In this document: positions 9,561 to 19,930 of the stretch, one piece after another
Numbering within the stretch: the first letter of the stretch is position 1
Layout of the letters: every line of letters starts with the position of its first letter
Source: Spirochaetia bacterium
GTDB taxonomy: Bacteria; Spirochaetota; Spirochaetia; DSM-2461
NCBI GenBank assembly: GCA_963668315.1
Contig: OY764216.1
Location: 608,001-672,000 of the forward strand
Length of the DNA: 64,000 nt
Direction: 5' to 3'
The notes under the pieces: model-generated
What the model was told of the DNA's origin: nothing
The model's database searches: none
What the model saw: the letters and a program-made list of their open reading frames with translations, nothing else
Position numbers and translations under genes: made by a program

Positions 9561-11356
9561 AAGGTCACCTCCTGATCGGCCACGGGGATCCGGACACGGA
9601 TCACCGTTCCTTCTCCGGGAGCGCTTTCACAGGTCAGCCCGTATTCAGGTCCGAAATAGATCCGAATTCTCTCATGCACATTATGAACGCCCATGCCCTG
9701 GCGAGAACGGACGGACCGCTCCTCGGGCGGCGTTTCCAGGCCCCGGATCAGATCGGCCAGCTGAGTACTGTCCATGCCGCACCCGTTATCCCGCACCTCC
9801 AGAATCACGGCGTCTTCCTCCCGTATGCCCGTTATGGTGATGACGCCGGGATAATCGGCTTCCTTGATGCCGTGGTATATGGCGTTTTCCACCAGGGGCT
9901 GGAGGGTGATCTTCAGGGTAATCAGCTCATAAAGGGAAGGATCAACATCTATGCGGTAGGTGAATTTATCGCGATAGCGCATCTCCTGAATCGTCAGATA
10001 GGAGCGCACATGCTCTATCTCATCGCGTATGGGAATCAGCTCCCGGCCCTTGCTTATGCTGATGCGGAACAGCTTGGAGAGGGCCGACGTCATCTGCACG
10101 ACCTTGTCGCTCTGCCCCATCTCTCCCATCCAGATAATGGAATCGAGGGTATTATAGAGAAAATGGGGATTGATCTGTGCCTGCAGCGCCTTGAGATCGC
10201 TTTTACGCTTGAGTTCCTGTTCCCGGGTGTTCGCGTCCATCAGTTCGCGGATCCTGGTCACCATGATATCGTACTCCCGGGCCAGCTCGCGTATCTCATC
10301 GGTCGCCCGGATATTTCCTACCAGGCGGAAATCCCCCGTGTCCACGGACCGCATGATCCCCTGAAGCTTCTTCACCGGTTTGGTGATTCCCGAGGTTATC
10401 CGGTTTGTGGCAAATCCCACAATCAGAAAAAGGACGAGTCCCACCAGGGCGTAAAGCCCCTGGACATACTGCCAGTCGGTCACGATATCATTATCGTAGA
10501 TAACGCTGACCACATGCCAGCCCGTTACCTCCGATGTCTCGACCATGAAATACCGGTCTTCATCCTGGAAAGAGTCCTCTTCCGAATCGTCCAGCATGGC
10601 CATGATCCCCTCTATCGGCTCCTCCTTGATACTGGAGTAGACAAGCTGCTGGGTGGGATGGAAGACATAGTTTCCCTCCCGGTCCAGGATAAAATTATAT
10701 CCCCGTTTTCCCACCGAAAGAGACCGGCACAGTTCATTGATCCTCATGAATTTCAGATCCACCAGCAGAATCCCCAGAACGCTCCTGTCCTCCTCGAGAA
10801 GTATCGTCCGGCTGAGAGAAACCACCCAGGGATAGCGGTCCCTTATCAGATTCTGCACATAGGACGAGGAGACGACGGTTCTGTCAAAAGCATCCAGAGC
10901 CCCGGTATACCACTCCTTCTCCCTCCAGTCGGTCCAGGGATTAATACGGGCGTCCAAGTCGCTGGAAATGATCTGCCCCTTAAGGCCCATGACCATGATT
11001 TCCGAAATATCCTCCCGGGTCCGGGAGTAGTTCCCGAGTCTCTCGCCCACCAGGCGGACGGTCTCATCGTATCCCGGGGAACCGGCGGCCGCCCCGTCTG
11101 CGGCAAAAAGAGCCTGAATATCCCTATCCCCTATGACGGCGTTGACAAGGGGCTCCATGCCGGAAACATAGGAATCAATCTGCGCGACCAGCTGTCTGAG
11201 CATGACACGGTTGTTATCCAGAGTGGAACGTCGCACCGTATTGATGGTAAACCGGAAGGAGATGAGCTGCATGATGATAATGGCCGTGAAGATCATCACC
11301 GTAAAGATCGTATAGATGCGGGAATCCAGTGTTCCGAATGGGTGGGATCTACTCAC
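9557..11356 (-). CDS. Sensor histidine kinase, YesM type (Cache-like sensor + HAMP)
   Basis: LQAQINPHFLYNTL, LQPLVENAIYHG, DNGCGM, GMGVHNV; two TMs. Confidence 0.93.
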   Translation of the reverse strand: MSRSHPFGTLDSRIYTIFTVMIFTAIIIMQLISFRFTINTVRRSTLDNNRVMLRQLVAQIDSYVSGMEPLVNAVIGDRDIQALFAADGAAAGSPGYDETVRLVGERLGNYSRTREDISEIMVMGLKGQIISSDLDARINPWTDWREKEWYTGALDAFDRTVVSSSYVQNLIRDRYPWVVSLSRTILLEEDRSVLGILLVDLKFMRINELCRSLSVGKRGYNFILDREGNYVFHPTQQLVYSSIKEEPIEGIMAMLDDSEEDSFQDEDRYFMVETSEVTGWHVVSVIYDNDIVTDWQYVQGLYALVGLVLFLIVGFATNRITSGITKPVKKLQGIMRSVDTGDFRLVGNIRATDEIRELAREYDIMVTRIRELMDANTREQELKRKSDLKALQAQINPHFLYNTLDSIIWMGEMGQSDKVVQMTSALSKLFRISISKGRELIPIRDEIEHVRSYLTIQEMRYRDKFTYRIDVDPSLYELITLKITLQPLVENAIYHGIKEADYPGVITITGIREEDAVILEVRDNGCGMDSTQLADLIRGLETPPEERSVRSRQGMGVHNVHERIRIYFGPEYGLTCESAPGEGTVIRVRIPVADQEVTF

Positions 11357-12918
11357 GCTCCCCTGCTCCTCCTGTATTCCATCGCCGTCATTCCCGTATG
11401 CTTTTTAAAGAGGAGGCTGAAGTAGCGGGGGTCGGCATATCCCACACGCTCCGCCACTTCGTATCCCTTCAGATCGGTGCTCAATAGCAGATTCTTCGCT
11501 TCGTTCATGCGGCACTCGGTCAGGTATCCCACAAATGTCTTTCCCGTCCCCTCCTTGAACAGAAGACTGAACTGGCTGGTGGAAAGATAAAGCTCATCGC
11601 AGATGTCCTGCAGGGAAAACCGGATGTCCGGAAAACGGTGCTCGATGATCTCCCGGGCCCGGTCAATCCGGGAAAGAAGCATATCGTTGCGCCGTCTCTC
11701 GATCTGGGTCTCTATTCGCTCAAGCATCTCCCTGAAAAAGGCGTCTATCCCGTCCAGAGAGGCAAAGGCTTCCGTATCCATGGGAAAAATCTCTTCCGCC
11801 GGGTCGATAAGCTCCAGATCCTTCATGAAGGAGTTAAGCATATAGAAAAGTCTGATGGCCCCCGCCTTCAGAAGCTCTTCCGTCATAAAACGGCTCTCCA
11901 GATAATGGATGAGTTCCTCCAGCGCCGCCGATCCCGGCTGATATCCGCCCGTTTTCAGCTCCTGAACGATCCGGCTGCACAGCCGGTTGAATTCGGCGGG
12001 ATTCACCTCTTCCCGGCTTCGAATCTCCCTGACGGTATGATGATGGGAAAAGCCCATGATACGGGAGTATTCCACTCCGTTGGCGGCGACGGCATAGGAG
12101 CGTTCCAGCTTTTCCAGCTTATCCACCACTTCTCCGCTGCCCAGAAAAATCATGCGGCTGTCGGCGGAGGAGAATTTCCTGAAGGCCTCATCGGCCAGCC
12201 GGGAGGAACGCTCTTCCAGAACTGCCACGTCCCTGTCCTGGAGCAGCAGGGCCAGATCCTCGTCGGGATTAAAGAATACCCGGTCATATTCACCGGTTAT
12301 CCCTTTCAGAAACTCCGAAAGGGAGAGCCTCTCCAGATCACCCAGGCTGGGGGGAAAGGAGATGAGAAGAATCTGGTAATACCCTTCGAGATCAATCCAG
12401 CCGAAGAGTTCTTTTCGCGATGCCAGCGCGTCCCGCTCTATTCTTCCGAGGGAAAGCCGGTACAGAAACCTCTCCCGCAGGAGGGGAAAGCTCTGATCCA
12501 GCTTGGCTCTGAGTTCGCTCTGAAGCCGTTGGGCTTCTCTCTTCTCGTCCAGCTCCCTCTCCACCGTCTCCAGGACATGTCCCAGCTCCTTCCGGGTTAT
12601 CGGCTTCAAAAGGAATTCCCTGACCTGGTTCTTGATCGCCTCCTGGGCATATTCAAAATCATCGTAACCGGTCAGAAGGATTACGGTTATGGAAGGATAA
12701 CGCTCCCCGAGAATACGGCTGAGTTCCAGACCATTCATCCGGGGCATATTGATATCGGAAATCACCACATCCACAGGATGACTTTCTATATAGGAAAGTG
12801 CTTCCTCGCCCTGTTCAAAAACGCCGGTCAGATTAAATCCGTTCTCGCCCCAGGGAAGACATGTGGAGATACCGTCCCGGATAATCGCTTCATCATCCAC
12901 CAGTATCATATTGTACAT
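11353..12918 (-). CDS. Response regulator, YesN type (receiver + AraC)
   Basis: ILVDDE, ISDINMPRMNG, FLLKP; C-terminal VGYADPRYFSLLFKKHTG. Confidence 0.93.
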   Translation of the reverse strand: MYNMILVDDEAIIRDGISTCLPWGENGFNLTGVFEQGEEALSYIESHPVDVVISDINMPRMNGLELSRILGERYPSITVILLTGYDDFEYAQEAIKNQVREFLLKPITRKELGHVLETVERELDEKREAQRLQSELRAKLDQSFPLLRERFLYRLSLGRIERDALASRKELFGWIDLEGYYQILLISFPPSLGDLERLSLSEFLKGITGEYDRVFFNPDEDLALLLQDRDVAVLEERSSRLADEAFRKFSSADSRMIFLGSGEVVDKLEKLERSYAVAANGVEYSRIMGFSHHHTVREIRSREEVNPAEFNRLCSRIVQELKTGGYQPGSAALEELIHYLESRFMTEELLKAGAIRLFYMLNSFMKDLELIDPAEEIFPMDTEAFASLDGIDAFFREMLERIETQIERRRNDMLLSRIDRAREIIEHRFPDIRFSLQDICDELYLSTSQFSLLFKEGTGKTFVGYLTECRMNEAKNLLLSTDLKGYEVAERVGYADPRYFSLLFKKHTGMTAMEYRRSRGA

Positions 12919-13000
12919 GAGCTCTCCGTGCTTCTGTGCTTACTCAATTATTGAACGGATTTTCCCCTTTGTAAACAAATTATTTCGGGACGAATGCCCC

Positions 13001-14749
13001 TCAGTTGTCGTGATAGGGGAAAACGGGGCGGCTCTTGAATTTGATGAGGACCGTCGTACCAACGCCCTCCATGCTGGAAAGGCTGAGGCCGCACTCTTCT
13101 CCATAAAGCAGTTTTATACGGCTGTTGACGTTCATGAGCCCGATGTGATCACCGTAATTCTGATGATTTTCCCTGAACCCCCGGTTCAGTTCTTCCACGA
13201 CGGGTTCGGAAATTCCGCAGCCGTCATCCTCCACGCTGAGCCAGAGGAAATCACTCTCCTCCCTTATTTCGACCATGATATGCCGGCTGGCTTCCTTCAG
13301 CTCCAGACCATGCTTCACCGCATTCTCTATAAGGGGCTGAATAATGAATTTGGGGATGAGAATCCTTTCGGTCACCCCCTTACCGGGAAGGGAGAGAAAT
13401 ATCTTCCTGTGGAGACGGGAGTTATATATATTTATGAATTTCTCGATGTAGTAAAGCTCTTTTTCCAGCGTTACGAAATCCATCCGGTTTCTCAGGTTGA
13501 AGCGGAGAAGCTCCCCCAGCTCCTCTATAATGTAGGAAACCTGGTCTCTCTGGTTCGCCAGGGCTTTCATTCTTATCGATTCCAGAGTGTTGAAGAGGAA
13601 ATGGGGAGTAACCTGGCCCTGGAGAACCCGCAGCTCCTCCCTGAGGGCTTTCGTCTTAATCTCTCCGTTCACACGGATCAGGTGCCTGAGATTGTCCGCC
13701 ATGGAATTAAACCGTTCCGTAAGATAGCCGATCTCGTCATTGCTTCTCACGGTCACCCGGTAATCCAGACTGCCCCGCTCTATCTGATTCATACCTTCGG
13801 CCAGATTCCTGATGGACCGGATAAAAGGATAGGAGAGCAGCATGGACAGACCGATGCTCAGAAGAATACATATCAGAGCCGATGCTGCCATATTCCGGAA
13901 AATATAGGGAAGATGTCGGGTCAGATATTTCTCCGGAATAAAAAGATAGGCCCTAAGGCCGCTCTGTTCCGATTCTCTCCTGATCACATAATAGGAGCCC
14001 CCTCCCACGGAAACCTTCTCACCCTCGCCCTCCCCGGAAAAGCTGAGTTCCCCGGCGTTTTTATCCTTCAGTTCCCCCAGGGTTGAATAGAGGTAATTCC
14101 CCTCTCCGTCGGCGAGATAGATATACGATTCCGAGGGAATGGAGCTCTCGATAACCCGATAAAGCCCGTCAATTTTGAAGTTGATTCGGATAATCCCGAT
14201 GTTCGTGCTGTAGTAAAGGGGCCGGATCTTCCTTATGACCGACATGAGGGGATAATTGAAGGAGTGGGGATTCTTGCCGGGAGGCAATGTCTTCACGAGC
14301 TCATCCCCGTTCCAGAAGGACGAGAACCACGGTTCCAGGCGGATATCATAATCGGCGGGGATATAGTTGTTGTACCCGAAGGAGTAGTGGGATTTCTCCG
14401 GGTTGGCGATAAGTATCTGTTCCACATTGGGCTTAAGGAGGGCAAATCCCTCGGCCATTCCCCGGAGGTAGGCGAAATCGCGGTGTTTGTCGGTCACCGT
14501 GTCGTCATTGGAAAGCAGGGAGATGGTCTCGTCTGTGGTCACGAAGACTTTGGCGATGTTGTCCACCTCGGCAATCTCCTCATCCACGGTAAGCATCGCC
14601 TTTTCCATGGCGGCTTCGGCGATATAGAGGTTATCCTTCAGAAAACGGTCATAGGTGAAAAGGTAGGTAATGAAACCGTAGGATATGACGGAAACGGAAA
14701 TGACGATGAAAAGCATGATGAGGATTTTTCTCTGAATCATCATCTTCAT
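13001..14749 (-). CDS. Sensor histidine kinase, YesM type
   Basis: LQGQVTPHFLFNTL, IQPLIENAVKHG, DDGCG. Start reassigned to ATG 14749 (MKMMIQRK), which overlaps the upstream regulator stop as ATGA. Confidence 0.9.
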   Translation of the reverse strand: MKMMIQRKILIMLFIVISVSVISYGFITYLFTYDRFLKDNLYIAEAAMEKAMLTVDEEIAEVDNIAKVFVTTDETISLLSNDDTVTDKHRDFAYLRGMAEGFALLKPNVEQILIANPEKSHYSFGYNNYIPADYDIRLEPWFSSFWNGDELVKTLPPGKNPHSFNYPLMSVIRKIRPLYYSTNIGIIRINFKIDGLYRVIESSIPSESYIYLADGEGNYLYSTLGELKDKNAGELSFSGEGEGEKVSVGGGSYYVIRRESEQSGLRAYLFIPEKYLTRHLPYIFRNMAASALICILLSIGLSMLLSYPFIRSIRNLAEGMNQIERGSLDYRVTVRSNDEIGYLTERFNSMADNLRHLIRVNGEIKTKALREELRVLQGQVTPHFLFNTLESIRMKALANQRDQVSYIIEELGELLRFNLRNRMDFVTLEKELYYIEKFINIYNSRLHRKIFLSLPGKGVTERILIPKFIIQPLIENAVKHGLELKEASRHIMVEIREESDFLWLSVEDDGCGISEPVVEELNRGFRENHQNYGDHIGLMNVNSRIKLLYGEECGLSLSSMEGVGTTVLIKFKSRPVFPYHDN

Positions 14750-16296
14750 CTTTCCTTCCCCTGCCGCCTGTATCGCGAGGGAGACAGGCCGGTATATTTC
14801 TCGAAAACTTTGGTAAAATAATGGGCGCTGGCGTATCCCAGGGAATCGGAAATTTCCTGAATCTGGTCCGAAGAGTAGAGAAGTCTCTCTTTCGCCTGCT
14901 CGATTTTCTTTTCGGTGAGGTAATTCACCAGATTCATTCCCGTCTCTTCCTTGAAAATACGGGAGAGATAGGAGGGGGAGATATTGAACCGCTCCGCCAG
15001 GGACTCCCTGGACTCCCCCGTGCACTTCTGGTCCAGATAATCCTTCACGTTCTGCACGATCTGGGCGGAATAATACCGGGGATTGTCCTCCAGGCCGTCC
15101 ATGATGCGGGCGAGACACTCCTTGACGCAGCCGACCAGGGACTGTCTGGTCCTGAAGCTTGTCTGAAGATGAAGGGCATTGAGCAGACGGTCCCCGTCGA
15201 AGTAGTCCCCTTCCTTCCCCATACGCACGAGAGTCTTCCCCAGGAGAAGAAAAAGATTCACCGCCTCCAGGTAATACTGGGATGTACGGCAGTTATTCTC
15301 CGCCAGGGAATCAAAGAGAATGTCAGTTTCCCGAAAGGCTCCGTCCCTGTCCAGCTCCCGTACGGATTGGACAATCCCTTCCAACCGGGGGAGAGTCCGG
15401 AGGGAGTTGCCCGCGGCTCGCTGGCGCAGCTCCTCATAAAAACGAACCTGATCGGGAACAAATACGTCTCCCAGAGACTCTTCGGCTTCCCGGAAGGCCC
15501 TTCCCAGGCTGTCCCAGTCACCGTGTATCCGGCTGCATCCGCCGAAAAAGGAGAAGTTCTTCAGCTCTTCCAGACGGGAAAGGCCCTTCTTGAGGTTTTC
15601 CCAGGTGCTGTTCTCATCTTCCCCTGAGAACAGCAGAATCAGCCGGCTGCCCGAGAGAAAGGCGGGAGGGGAGCCCTCGGGAGACCGGGAAAACTGATCC
15701 CTCAGCAAAGCGAGAGCTTCCGGTTCTCCCGCCGCCGGTTCGACAAGAAGGAGGGCAAAGCAGGGAGGAGGAGAGTCGAATCCGATCAGGGCAAAATCGA
15801 TTCTGTCCGCCCGGGAGGAACTGTTTGAGAGCAGATCCATGAAGTACTTCTCTCTGGCCAGGGAGGAGAGGACCGATATTTTGTTATTTCTGGCCTGCTC
15901 GGTCATGCTCCGGGAGCGCTCTTCCTGCAGTTCTCCGGTAATCTTGTTTACCGCCCGCACAAGTTCGGACCGCTTGACCGGTTTCAGCAGATAGGCGGAC
16001 ACCCCGAGCTCAATAGCCTGCCTGGCATAGGCAAAGTCGTCGAAGCCGCTGATGATGATGATTTTCAACCCGATCTGGAGAGAGAGAAGACGGCTGATCA
16101 TTTCCAGGCCGTTATACCCGGGCATCCGGATATCGGTTATCAGAAGATCGGGCCGCAGCTCTTCAATTTTCCTGATGCCCTCAATACCGTCATAGGCATG
16201 GCCTACAATGGTCACTCCGTTGGCCTTCCAGTCAATGAGGTAATCCAGACCGTCCAGAATGGCCCTGTCGTCGTCAACGAAAAGAGCTTTGATCAT
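14746..16296 (-). CDS. Response regulator, YesN type, divergent from the mannosidase ABC operon
   Basis: LFVDDD, LITDIRMPGYNG, YLLKP; C-terminal LGYASAHYFTKVFEKYTGLSPSRYR. Confidence 0.93.
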   Translation of the reverse strand: MIKALFVDDDRAILDGLDYLIDWKANGVTIVGHAYDGIEGIRKIEELRPDLLITDIRMPGYNGLEMISRLLSLQIGLKIIIISGFDDFAYARQAIELGVSAYLLKPVKRSELVRAVNKITGELQEERSRSMTEQARNNKISVLSSLAREKYFMDLLSNSSSRADRIDFALIGFDSPPPCFALLLVEPAAGEPEALALLRDQFSRSPEGSPPAFLSGSRLILLFSGEDENSTWENLKKGLSRLEELKNFSFFGGCSRIHGDWDSLGRAFREAEESLGDVFVPDQVRFYEELRQRAAGNSLRTLPRLEGIVQSVRELDRDGAFRETDILFDSLAENNCRTSQYYLEAVNLFLLLGKTLVRMGKEGDYFDGDRLLNALHLQTSFRTRQSLVGCVKECLARIMDGLEDNPRYYSAQIVQNVKDYLDQKCTGESRESLAERFNISPSYLSRIFKEETGMNLVNYLTEKKIEQAKERLLYSSDQIQEISDSLGYASAHYFTKVFEKYTGLSPSRYRRQGKER

Positions 16297-16489
16297 CTCT
16301 TCTCCCCAAAGGATTTTTACGCAATTCTATGCAAGGCAGCAGTATAATACTTTTCCGGCTCCCTTATAAGAGAATAGCCATCAATGGAGAGAAAAAGAAC
16401 AAAAAAGCCACATACCGGTAACAAAATTATACGTTTTTACCAAAACGAAATATGTTAACGTGGATTAAATCCAAAAATAAGGAGTCATT

Positions 16490-17866
16490 ATGAAAAAGAG
16501 AATGGTGACGATTGTCCTGTTATCCCTTGTCATGGTTCTGTCCGTTTACGCGAACGGAGCCGAAGATTCTTCAGCAGCCGACGGAAAGGCTGTTCTGAAA
16601 ATGTGGTCAAAAGGTTCCGGTACCGACCCGGCCATGGAAGCTGTTGTTGAGGCTTTCCGGGCGGCAAACCCCGATACGGAACTGACTTACGAATCCTACG
16701 GAGAGAATTACGCCAACGTCGTAAACCTCGCCCTGGCTTCGGGAGACGCTCCCGACATCTTCGAGAACGGTGGAAATTTCCCCGTCCAGACTCTGGCTGC
16801 CCAGGGACTGATCGCTCCCATCGATGACGTTTTCACCGAAGAGCTCAAATCTCAGATGTTCCAGCCCCTTTTCACCCAGAAGGACAATGTCTACAACGGC
16901 CAGAGATATACCATCCCCACCAGAATCTCCGCATTCCGCTTACTCTATAACAAAGATCTTTTTAAAGCTGCCGGACTCAATCCCGATCAGCCCCCCAAGA
17001 CCCTTGCGGAAGTAAGAGAATACGCAGCCAAGATTACCGCCGCCGGTAAGGGCGATTTCTACGGATTCGGTCTCTACCTCGGCTCCAGCAACATCTGGAC
17101 CCGCGTTATCGATCCCATCTGTACCGCCGCCGGAACCAGCGCCGATATGGGTTATGACTTCAATACCGGTAAATTCGATTTCACAGCCAACATGGAAGTT
17201 CTTTCCGAGCTGGCCGAAATCGCCAAAGACGGTTCCCTCTTCCCCGGTTACGAAACTCTCGCCGTCGATCCGATGAGAGCCAACTTCGCCCAGGGCAAAG
17301 TCGGTATGTATTTCGACGGAAACTGGACTTCCGGAACTTTCGCTACTCAGATCAAAACCGATATAGACTGGGCTACCGCAGCCGTACCCGTCTCTACCGG
17401 CGACACCTACGGTCTGGGCGCTTGTTTCCCCGCGGTTGACTTCGCCGTTTCCGCGTCTTCCAAATACCAGGATCAGGCCAAGAGCTTCCTCCGCTTCCTC
17501 CTTTCCAATGCCGCCGTTATGCAGCAGGAAAAACCCGAACCCAAAACCTTCCTTCCCGCCAACGAAGCCTCTTCCCTTCCTATCGAAGCGATGAACCTCA
17601 AGGGAACCGAATACAACTTCAAGCTTGACGACCTGGCTCCCATGCCTCAGATCGTTTACTACTCCCTCTCCCTCGAAGGCGACAAGAGAGACATCGTTTT
17701 CACCGATATCTTCCTCAAGCTCGTCAACGGCGGAAAAGTAGATACGGCCAAGACAATCCAGACTCTTAACGACAGATACAACAGCGCTCTGGATAAAGCA
17801 CTTGCCGACGGTCTTCTCTCCGAAAGCGATATTCATATTGCCGATTTCGATTTCAGCAATAGATAA
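16490..17866 (+). CDS. Sugar ABC transporter substrate-binding protein
   Basis: Signal peptide ending VYANGAED; LASGDAPDIF, LLYNKDLFKAAG, FAQGKVGMY; RBS AAGGAG. Confidence 0.92.
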   Translation: MKKRMVTIVLLSLVMVLSVYANGAEDSSAADGKAVLKMWSKGSGTDPAMEAVVEAFRAANPDTELTYESYGENYANVVNLALASGDAPDIFENGGNFPVQTLAAQGLIAPIDDVFTEELKSQMFQPLFTQKDNVYNGQRYTIPTRISAFRLLYNKDLFKAAGLNPDQPPKTLAEVREYAAKITAAGKGDFYGFGLYLGSSNIWTRVIDPICTAAGTSADMGYDFNTGKFDFTANMEVLSELAEIAKDGSLFPGYETLAVDPMRANFAQGKVGMYFDGNWTSGTFATQIKTDIDWATAAVPVSTGDTYGLGACFPAVDFAVSASSKYQDQAKSFLRFLLSNAAVMQQEKPEPKTFLPANEASSLPIEAMNLKGTEYNFKLDDLAPMPQIVYYSLSLEGDKRDIVFTDIFLKLVNGGKVDTAKTIQTLNDRYNSALDKALADGLLSESDIHIADFDFSNR

Positions 17867-17879
17867 ATAAAACTGTGTC

Positions 17880-17899
17880 ATCCCCGCTCCGGCGGGGAT
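17880..17899 (+). other. Intercistronic hairpin after the SBP gene
   Basis: ATCCCCGC-tccg-GCGGGGAT with no U-tract; position is typical of mRNA-stabilising hairpins in ABC operons. Confidence 0.5.
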
Positions 17900-17920
17900 T
17901 CGCGCATAACAGAAAGTAAT

Positions 17921-18808
17921 ATGAACATTAAAGATAATAAAACATTACAAGTTTATGCTATGATTCTGCCCACCACGGTACTCATTCTGCTTCTGGGCAT
18001 CTACCCTATCATTGACGTCCTTTTTCATAGCTTTACCAATTATAACGGTTACACAAAGCCCAGCTTCATCGGGCTTTCCAATTACGCAAGAGTTCTCCAG
18101 GACAAATCCTGGTGGCTGAGTGTTCTCAACACTCTGGAAATCGGATTCGTCGTCTCAATCATTCAGATTCCGGTCGCTCTCATACTCGCGGTTCTCCTGA
18201 ACAACTCCATCAAGGGACGGGACTTTTTCCGGGCAATCATTTTTATGCCCAGCATCACCAGTACGGCGATTATGGGAATTGTCTTCTACTTCGTTTTTGC
18301 CTCATATAACGGCGTCATGAACGGCTACCTTCAGATGCTGCATATCATACAGGATCCCATTTCCTGGTTCGGATCGGGCTTCTCCGCCAAAGCGGTCATC
18401 ATCTTCTTCCTCTGCTGGCACGACATCGGATTTTTCATGGTGCTCTTTCTGGGGGCTCTCCAGAAAATCCCCAAGGAAGTCTACGAAAGCTGCAAAATGG
18501 ACGGAGCCAATTACGCTCAGACACTCTTCAAAATAACCATCCCTCTCCTGGGAAAGCTTTTCCAGATGGTGTCCGCCCTCTCCATTGTTAACGCCCTGAA
18601 GCTTTTCGATTCCATCAAGGCCCTGACCAACGGCGGCCCCGGTTCCAAGACCGAAGTTATGACCATGTACATCTACCGTTACTTCTTCGAGAACAACGGA
18701 ATGCCCCAGCAGGGTTACGCCAGCGCCGTCAGTATCGTGGCCACCATAATCGTAACCGTGATTACCCTCGGTTACATGTACAGTACAAGGAAATTGAGTT
18801 ATGAATAG
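17921..18808 (+). CDS. Sugar ABC transporter permease (MalF-like)
   Basis: Multiple TMs; EAA-loop variant IPKEVYESCKMDGA. Confidence 0.92.
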   Translation: MNIKDNKTLQVYAMILPTTVLILLLGIYPIIDVLFHSFTNYNGYTKPSFIGLSNYARVLQDKSWWLSVLNTLEIGFVVSIIQIPVALILAVLLNNSIKGRDFFRAIIFMPSITSTAIMGIVFYFVFASYNGVMNGYLQMLHIIQDPISWFGSGFSAKAVIIFFLCWHDIGFFMVLFLGALQKIPKEVYESCKMDGANYAQTLFKITIPLLGKLFQMVSALSIVNALKLFDSIKALTNGGPGSKTEVMTMYIYRYFFENNGMPQQGYASAVSIVATIIVTVITLGYMYSTRKLSYE

Positions 18809-19670
18809 GAAAAAACCTTACCGGGCGGAAAAGTCCAGCGAAATAGGGACCATCGTTATCTATGCGTTCCTCATCATCGCCACCATACTGACCCTATATC
18901 CCCTGTTTTACGCCATAGGCGGATCATTCAAATCCCTCGAGGAATTTCTCCAGGGAGGCATGAATCTCTTCCCCAGACAGGGAGGAACAATCGACAACTA
19001 CATCACAGCCTGGAAGCAGGCCAAATTCGGCATTTACACGGTCAACAGTATTCTCTTCACCGTAGGCTCCGTCATCCTTACCGTTGCGACGACAGCCATG
19101 ACGGGATTCGTCCTGTCCCGCGCCGATTTCGTGGGGAAGAAGCTGCTCATCGGTCTTCTCGGATTCATGATCTTCCTTCTGGGAGCCGTTACGATCTACC
19201 CCATATTCCGCATCAGCCGGGCCCTGGGGCTTCTCAACAGCCTCTGGGGAATGATCATCGCCCAGGTCGCCGCCGCACAGCCCCTCTTCGTCATGCTGGT
19301 CATGGGATACTGCGACGGTATCAGCAAAGAGATAGACGAAGCGGCTACGATTGACGGAGCTTCTTTTTTCCAGATTTTCGCCGTTATCATTTTCCCCATC
19401 ATCAAGCCGATCCTGGCAACGGTAGGCCTTCTGGCTTTCCGCGACGCCTGGAACAGCTTTATGCTTCCCCTTGCCTTCACCATTGCCAAACCCGAACTGC
19501 GCCCCCTCACCGTGGGAGTCGTCATGCTTAAGGATCAGGGAGACGGAGTTACCGCATGGAACCTCATGCTGGCGGGAACCATAATGGCCCTTGTCCCCAT
19601 TCTTGTTGTATACCTCTTCATGAACAAATACTTCATCGAAGGCTTAACGGACGGCGCGGTAAAGGGATGA
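18801..19670 (+). CDS. Sugar ABC transporter permease (MalG-like)
   Basis: EAA motif EIDEAATIDGA; ends GLTDGAVKG. Confidence 0.93.
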   Translation: MNRKKPYRAEKSSEIGTIVIYAFLIIATILTLYPLFYAIGGSFKSLEEFLQGGMNLFPRQGGTIDNYITAWKQAKFGIYTVNSILFTVGSVILTVATTAMTGFVLSRADFVGKKLLIGLLGFMIFLLGAVTIYPIFRISRALGLLNSLWGMIIAQVAAAQPLFVMLVMGYCDGISKEIDEAATIDGASFFQIFAVIIFPIIKPILATVGLLAFRDAWNSFMLPLAFTIAKPELRPLTVGVVMLKDQGDGVTAWNLMLAGTIMALVPILVVYLFMNKYFIEGLTDGAVKG

Positions 19671-19915
19671 TACATAAAATCAGGGAATTCGTGGAAAAGG
19701 AAATCCGGCCCTGTGTCCAGGGTGACGGCGGTGATCTGGAGATCATCGGACTGGAGGGCAATACCCTCTCCGTCGCCGCCCTGAACGAGTGCTCCCGCTG
19801 TCCGCTGACACGCAGCTGTTACCGGACATGGCTGGAGGACCGGATCAACGGGAAGTTCCAGTCTTCCCTCACCGTCGATATAAAAATAAGAAAGCCCTAT
19901 TTCTGGGATAAATAA
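19667..19915 (+). CDS. Small NifU/NfuA C-terminal-domain-like protein (82 aa)
   Basis: ATG overlaps the permease stop (ATGA). IRPCVQGDGGDLEI...ECSRCP matches the NifU-domain pattern IRPxLxxDGGD...GACxxCP. Confidence 0.75.
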   Translation: MIHKIREFVEKEIRPCVQGDGGDLEIIGLEGNTLSVAALNECSRCPLTRSCYRTWLEDRINGKFQSSLTVDIKIRKPYFWDK

Positions 19916-19930
19916 GGATAACAGCAAAAA

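Noticed and set aside
1523..12954. Long antisense ORFs such as 1523-2884, 3179-4321, 9674-11425 and 11638-12954, and similar ones elsewhere in the window
   Set aside because: Shadows of well-supported genes caused by codon bias; no recognisable motifs.
14750..15118. 123-aa N-terminal extension of the 705-aa kinase ORF
   Set aside because: It is an alternative frame inside the response regulator; the ATGA-coupled start at 14749 gives a normal YesM.
19556..19666. Upstream extension of the NifU-like ORF
   Set aside because: Lies inside the permease; similarity begins at ATG 19667.
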